Both the position numbers and the translations under genes were made by a program. Source: a virus (taxonomy: Duplodnaviria; Caudoviricetes). From it: a DNA stretch of 49,308 nucleotides. How positions within the stretch are numbered: position 1 is the stretch's first letter; each line of letters opens with the position of its first letter. A model generated the notes under the pieces. It had not been told where the DNA came from, ran no database searches, and saw nothing but the letters and a program-made list of their open reading frames with translations. The stretch covers positions 1 through 49,308 of IMG/VR virus record IMGVR_UViG_3300020440_000021; one strand, given 5' to 3'. Shown in pieces: positions 45,002 through 49,308 of the stretch.

Positions 45002-48000
45002 TTGGCCAGAGAAACTAATATTAAATTAAGGCGTTCTGCCACGCAGGGTGCTATTCCAACAGCAAGTAATTTAGACTTAGGTGAGTTAGCGATTAACACC
45101 TTTGACGGTAAATTATACGTCAAGAAAACAGCTGGGTCAAATACTCGTGTCGTACAAGTTGGAAGTTCAAGTTATTCTTATGGCACACATACAGGAAGTA
45201 CTGAAACTTTAATAGTAAAAGTTGCTTCTTCTCCAGGCGATCATCGATATAATGGAAGTGGTAGTGGTAACAAATATTTTATTAACGATGTTCCTGCTCC
45301 GTATTTAAAATTATTACCAGGTGTTACATATCGATTTGATACATCAGATAGTTCAAACTCAGGACATCCTTTTAGATTTTATTTAGACGCAGCTCGTAAT
45401 AATCTCTATTCTACTGGAGTAACAATTGCCGGTTCTTCAGGTAGTTCAGGCTCATATACAGAAATTACTCCTACAGATTCTACACCTATGGTATTACATT
45501 ATCAATGTAGTGCGCATGCTTATATGGGAAACCAAGCAGCATTTGATACAAGAAATCTATCAGAATTTACAACCGATAATTTAACTGAAGGTTCAAGTAA
45601 TTTATACTTTACAAACGCACGCGCACGTAGCGCAATTAGTGTAAGTGGAGATTTAAGTTATAATAGTGGAACTGGTGTTATATCATTTACTGAAAGAACA
45701 GATGCTCAAGTACGAGCTTTAATTTCAGTTACAGATTCGGGTGGTGATGGTTCTTTATCATATAATAATTCAACTGGTGTTATAACATACACAGGGCCAA
45801 GTCAATCCGAAGTACTTGCACATATAAGCGCTGGAGCAGGTATATCAATATCTGGTTCTGGTGTTATTAGTAATTCACAAACTCAATATAATAATTCAGA
45901 TGCACGTTCAGCAATATCTGTTACTGATGCTGGTGGTGATGGTTCATTAGCATATAATTCAACTACTGGTGTCATAACATACACTGGTCCTTCAGCTGCT
46001 GAAGTAAGAGCGCATATATCAGGTGGTACTGGTGTAACTTTTTCAAGTGGTACTATAAGTATTGGCCAAGCAGTAGCCACAACTGATAATGTAGAATTTA
46101 ATGATTTAGTAGTTGCTGGTAATTTAACAGTTTCTGGAACAACTACAACTGTAAATTCAAATACCGTAAATATTGGCGATGCAATAATTACTTTAAACTC
46201 TGATGAAACCGGTTCACCAACACAAGATGGTGGTATTGAAATTGAACGTGGTACATCAACTAATAAAACTTTTATTTGGGATGAAACAAATGATAGGTGG
46301 ACTCTTGGTAGTGAATCACTTGTTGCTGGAACTTTCATCGGTAATCTTACTGGAAATGTAACAGGTACAGTATCATCATTAAGTAATCAAGATACTGATT
46401 CTCTCAGTGAAGGTTCAAGTAATTTATATTTTACAAATGCTCGTGCTGATGGTCGTATAGCAGCAGCTTCAATTGAAGATTTAAGTAATGTTAATACTGC
46501 TTCTCCATCAGTTGGTCATGTTTTAAAATGGACAGGTACTGAATGGTCTCCATCAGCTGAATCTGGTGGAACTGTTACAGAAACATTTAAAACAATTGCT
46601 GTATCAGGTCAAACTAATGTAGTTGCTGATACTGCTACTGATACTTTAACATTAGTTGAAGGTTCAAATATGACCATAACAACTAATGCCTCTGGTGATA
46701 CTATTACATTTGCGTCTTCTGGTGGAGGAAGTGTTGGTGCAAATGCTGCAGATGTTTTAAAGACATATGAATATACAGCAACTTCAGGACAAACAACATT
46801 CACTGGTTCAGATAATAATAGTCAAACTCTAGCATATACTCCTGGTGCTGTTCAAGTTTTTGTAAATGGTGTATTACAAAAACTTACAACTGATTACACA
46901 ACAAATAATGTTGGAACAACAATTACTCTTGTCAATGGAGCTACAACAAACGATCATGTTGCAATTGTAGCGTTTTTAAGAACAATTGGTATTGGTAATT
47001 CTGTTGTCAATCAATTTACTGGTGATGGCACAACAACTGCTTTTACTCTATCAGCAGATCCTGAAAACGAAAATAATCTTTTAGTATATATTGATGGTGT
47101 ATATCAACAAAAAACAGATTATACAGTTTCTGGTACTACACTTACACTTGATACTGCTCCTGGAAATGGAGCAATTATTGAAACAGTTGCAAGTGTTGGA
47201 GCAATCACTGAACAAAACGCACTTGAACTTGCTGGTAATTTAACATTAACTGGTTTATCAGCTCAAAACAGTGAAGCAACTTCATTAATGATAAATGGTT
47301 CTAATATTGTTGGAACAAGAGAACTTGGAAGTAATGCATTTACATCAAATTTGAGTGCATACGATACTGATAATTTATCCGAAGGTTCAAGTAATTTATA
47401 TTACACAGATGCTCGTGTATCAACAAGAGCAGATACAATTTTAAATCATTCAAATCATACAAATATTACTGTAAGTAAAGTTGGCGCTGAATTAAGATTT
47501 GCAGCTGCTTCTTCATATGGAAATTCCGATGTATCTACATTTTTAGCAGATGCTTCAACAAACGTTACTATTGGTGGTAACCTAACAGTAAATGGTACAA
47601 CAACTACTTTAAATAGTACAACCCTAGATGTAGATGATATTAATATTACCATTGCTTCTGGAGCAGGAAATGCTGCAGCAGCTAATGGAGCAGGATTAAC
47701 AATTGATGGAGCAAATGCGACATTAACATATGTTTCTGCAGATGATGAATTTAATTTTAATAAAGGTATAAAAACAACTGCTGGCAATATTAATATTGGT
47801 GGTTCTAATAATGAACTTAGATTTTATGAAGGGAGTAATTATGTAGGGTTTGAAGCTCCAGCATTATCATCAAATCAGATTTGGGTATTACCAGATTCAG
47901 ATGGAGTTTCAGGTTATGCACTTAAAACTGATGGTAGTGGTAATTTAAGTTGGGGACTTGCTGGTGGAAATGCATTTGAAACAATTTCAGTATCTGGCCA

Positions 48001-49129
48001 AAGTAATGTTGTAGCAGATAGTTCATCAGATACTTTAACACTTGTTGCTGGTACTGGTATGACTATTACTACTAATGCATCAAGTGATGAAATTACTTTT
48101 GCTTCAGCTGGTGGAAATGCATTTGGGAATATTGCAGTATCTGGTCAAACAACTGTAGCTGCAGATCAATCTTCTGATACAGTTACACTTGTAGGAGCTG
48201 GTGGTATTGACATTACTACTGATGCTTCAACTGATACTGTAACTCTTACACAAAATGCTAGCTTTAGTCCATTAGTAACAGATTTATTTACTGCAACATC
48301 AGGACAAACTGCATTTACATTAACACAAACTCCTGCAAGTGAAGATACATTAATTGTTTTTATTGAAGGTATATATCAAAATAAAAATTCATATGCATTA
48401 TCAGGAACAACACTTACACTTGATAGTCCTGGTGCAAATACTGGCCAAGAAGTTGTTGTTCATCAAGTTGGTAAAGGCGTAAGTGGAGTAAGTACAAACT
48501 TTAATACATTTACAGGAGATGGTAGTACAACAAACTTTACATTAAATGCTGAACCATTTAGTGAAAATGATGTATTAATTTTCAGTGATGGTGTATATCA
48601 AGAAAAATCAGAATTTAGTGTAAGTGGTACAACTCTTTCTTTTGGTAGTGCACCAGCAAATGGAGCAAGTTTAGAAGTATTAGTTCCCGTCTTAAATCAA
48701 ATTAATGTACCTGCTACTGGTTCAGTTGTTCCAGCATCGCTTTCAACTGGTGGTCCAGCATGGGATTCAGCAGGTAATGTAACAATTAATACAAATAGTG
48801 TACTTGGAAATACATCAACAAATTATACAGGTGGATCGGGTTCAGCAGTAACACTTGCCACTCACAGTGCAACAACTTATAGAAGTGTTGAGTATATTAT
48901 ATCACTTAAAGAAATATCAACAAGTGATAAGATTTTAACAAAGAAAATTTTAGCTATGCATGATGGTACAGATGTTTATCTTACAGAATATGCAGAGATT
49001 GATAGCGGATTAGATACTAATACATCATTTACTGTTATTTTAAGTGGAGGTAATTTATTATTGCAAGTTACTTCTGGAGCGTCTAATAATTTTGAAGCAA
49101 AAGTTCATCATACGGCAATAAAAGTATAA
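45002..49129 (+). CDS. long modular tail fibre protein (TTG start)
   Basis: IKLRRS..QG..P....L.LGELAINT.DGKLY N-terminus; SGHPFRF...YQC..HAYMG module; multiple internal repeats; AGGAG RBS. Confidence 0.88.
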   Translation: MARETNIKLRRSATQGAIPTASNLDLGELAINTFDGKLYVKKTAGSNTRVVQVGSSSYSYGTHTGSTETLIVKVASSPGDHRYNGSGSGNKYFINDVPAPYLKLLPGVTYRFDTSDSSNSGHPFRFYLDAARNNLYSTGVTIAGSSGSSGSYTEITPTDSTPMVLHYQCSAHAYMGNQAAFDTRNLSEFTTDNLTEGSSNLYFTNARARSAISVSGDLSYNSGTGVISFTERTDAQVRALISVTDSGGDGSLSYNNSTGVITYTGPSQSEVLAHISAGAGISISGSGVISNSQTQYNNSDARSAISVTDAGGDGSLAYNSTTGVITYTGPSAAEVRAHISGGTGVTFSSGTISIGQAVATTDNVEFNDLVVAGNLTVSGTTTTVNSNTVNIGDAIITLNSDETGSPTQDGGIEIERGTSTNKTFIWDETNDRWTLGSESLVAGTFIGNLTGNVTGTVSSLSNQDTDSLSEGSSNLYFTNARADGRIAAASIEDLSNVNTASPSVGHVLKWTGTEWSPSAESGGTVTETFKTIAVSGQTNVVADTATDTLTLVEGSNMTITTNASGDTITFASSGGGSVGANAADVLKTYEYTATSGQTTFTGSDNNSQTLAYTPGAVQVFVNGVLQKLTTDYTTNNVGTTITLVNGATTNDHVAIVAFLRTIGIGNSVVNQFTGDGTTTAFTLSADPENENNLLVYIDGVYQQKTDYTVSGTTLTLDTAPGNGAIIETVASVGAITEQNALELAGNLTLTGLSAQNSEATSLMINGSNIVGTRELGSNAFTSNLSAYDTDNLSEGSSNLYYTDARVSTRADTILNHSNHTNITVSKVGAELRFAAASSYGNSDVSTFLADASTNVTIGGNLTVNGTTTTLNSTTLDVDDINITIASGAGNAAAANGAGLTIDGANATLTYVSADDEFNFNKGIKTTAGNINIGGSNNELRFYEGSNYVGFEAPALSSNQIWVLPDSDGVSGYALKTDGSGNLSWGLAGGNAFETISVSGQSNVVADSSSDTLTLVAGTGMTITTNASSDEITFASAGGNAFGNIAVSGQTTVAADQSSDTVTLVGAGGIDITTDASTDTVTLTQNASFSPLVTDLFTATSGQTAFTLTQTPASEDTLIVFIEGIYQNKNSYALSGTTLTLDSPGANTGQEVVVHQVGKGVSGVSTNFNTFTGDGSTTNFTLNAEPFSENDVLIFSDGVYQEKSEFSVSGTTLSFGSAPANGASLEVLVPVLNQINVPATGSVVPASLSTGGPAWDSAGNVTINTNSVLGNTSTNYTGGSGSAVTLATHSATTYRSVEYIISLKEISTSDKILTKKILAMHDGTDVYLTEYAEIDSGLDTNTSFTVILSGGNLLLQVTSGASNNFEAKVHHTAIKV

Positions 49130-49132
49130 ATA
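49125..49132 (+). promoter_or_regulatory. T4-type late promoter
   Basis: TATAAATA overlapping the stop codon of the fibre gene. Confidence 0.75.
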
Positions 49133-49160
49133 GTATAAACGGTGGAGAGTGAAATCGTAA

Positions 49161-49308
49161 ATGGCTACAAATAATAAAGAATTTAAAGTAAAACATGGAT
49201 TGCTTGTAGAATCAGGCAACGTTGGTATAGGAACTACAAACCCTTTAGCTCCTTTAACTATTTCAAATGGTGGTGGTCCAGGTTTTGAATTTGGCCCAGG
49301 CGTTACTA
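49161..49308 (+). CDS. 5' end of another tail fibre-like protein (partial)
   Basis: MATNNKEFKVKHGLLVESGNVGIGTTNP...; GNVGIGT is a common fibre repeat; open to the window end. Confidence 0.8.
   Translation, partial: MATNNKEFKVKHGLLVESGNVGIGTTNPLAPLTISNGGGPGFEFGPGVT

Larger units (their letters stand above)
41770..47399 (+). repeat. four dispersed identical 19-nt copies GAAGGTTCAAGTAATTTAT (EGSSNL module) at 41770, 45587, 46409, 47381
   Basis: Read directly; one copy in the 39331 fibre gene and three in the 45002 fibre gene. Confidence 0.85.

Noticed and set aside
1795-47787. Numerous antisense ORFs of 60-154 aa in the ORF track (e.g. 8472-8843, 21692-22156, 43959-44327, 45883-46338)
   Set aside because: They are shadows of the sense genes' codon bias, lie opposite well-supported genes, and lack RBS or motifs.
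1-49308. CRISPR array, tRNA/rRNA genes, integrase/transposase, reverse transcriptase or DGR
   Set aside because: No regularly spaced repeat-spacer array, no cloverleaf with a T-loop GTTCRA, and no recombinase or RT motifs were seen; the fibre repeats are coding modules.

Overview
AT-rich segment of a T4-like (myovirus) bacteriophage genome, most similar in gene content to marine proteobacterial T4-like phages. The host is not determinable from this window. Layout: (i) 1-12.0 kb is an accessory, mostly late-promoter (TATAAATA) region. It holds a HAD phosphatase, a Hint-domain fibre/adhesin-like gene followed by nucleotidyltransferase- and methyltransferase-like genes, a GH24 lysozyme, iscU-iscA, and a tightly packed 9-gene cassette: two small membrane proteins, csgF, csgG, a curlin-like protein, a FecR-domain protein, a second curlin-like protein, an intact CHASE2 class III nucleotidyl cyclase, and a gene overprinted on the cyclase 3' end. 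(ii) 12.0-19.2 kb is an early region with sigma70-type promoters (TTTACA-N17-TATAAT), small hypothetical genes, peroxiredoxin, gp33, a SET-domain gene, gp59 and gp32. (iii) 19.2-23.9 kb is a minus-strand tail/head block (tape measure-like, gp51, gp26, tail tube-like, gp2, gp4). (iv) 23.9-49.3 kb holds baseplate and tail fibre genes. The most notable signals not explained by standard annotation are: the curli-secretion/FecR/CHASE2-cyclase cassette; a GC-rich hairpin whose loop is exactly antisense to the ribosome-binding leaders of two early genes; a likely -1 frameshift joining gp26 and gp51; an 11-bp-phased Pho/OmpR-box-like array; and two candidate structured ncRNAs. All family assignments come from motif recognition by eye, not database searches.
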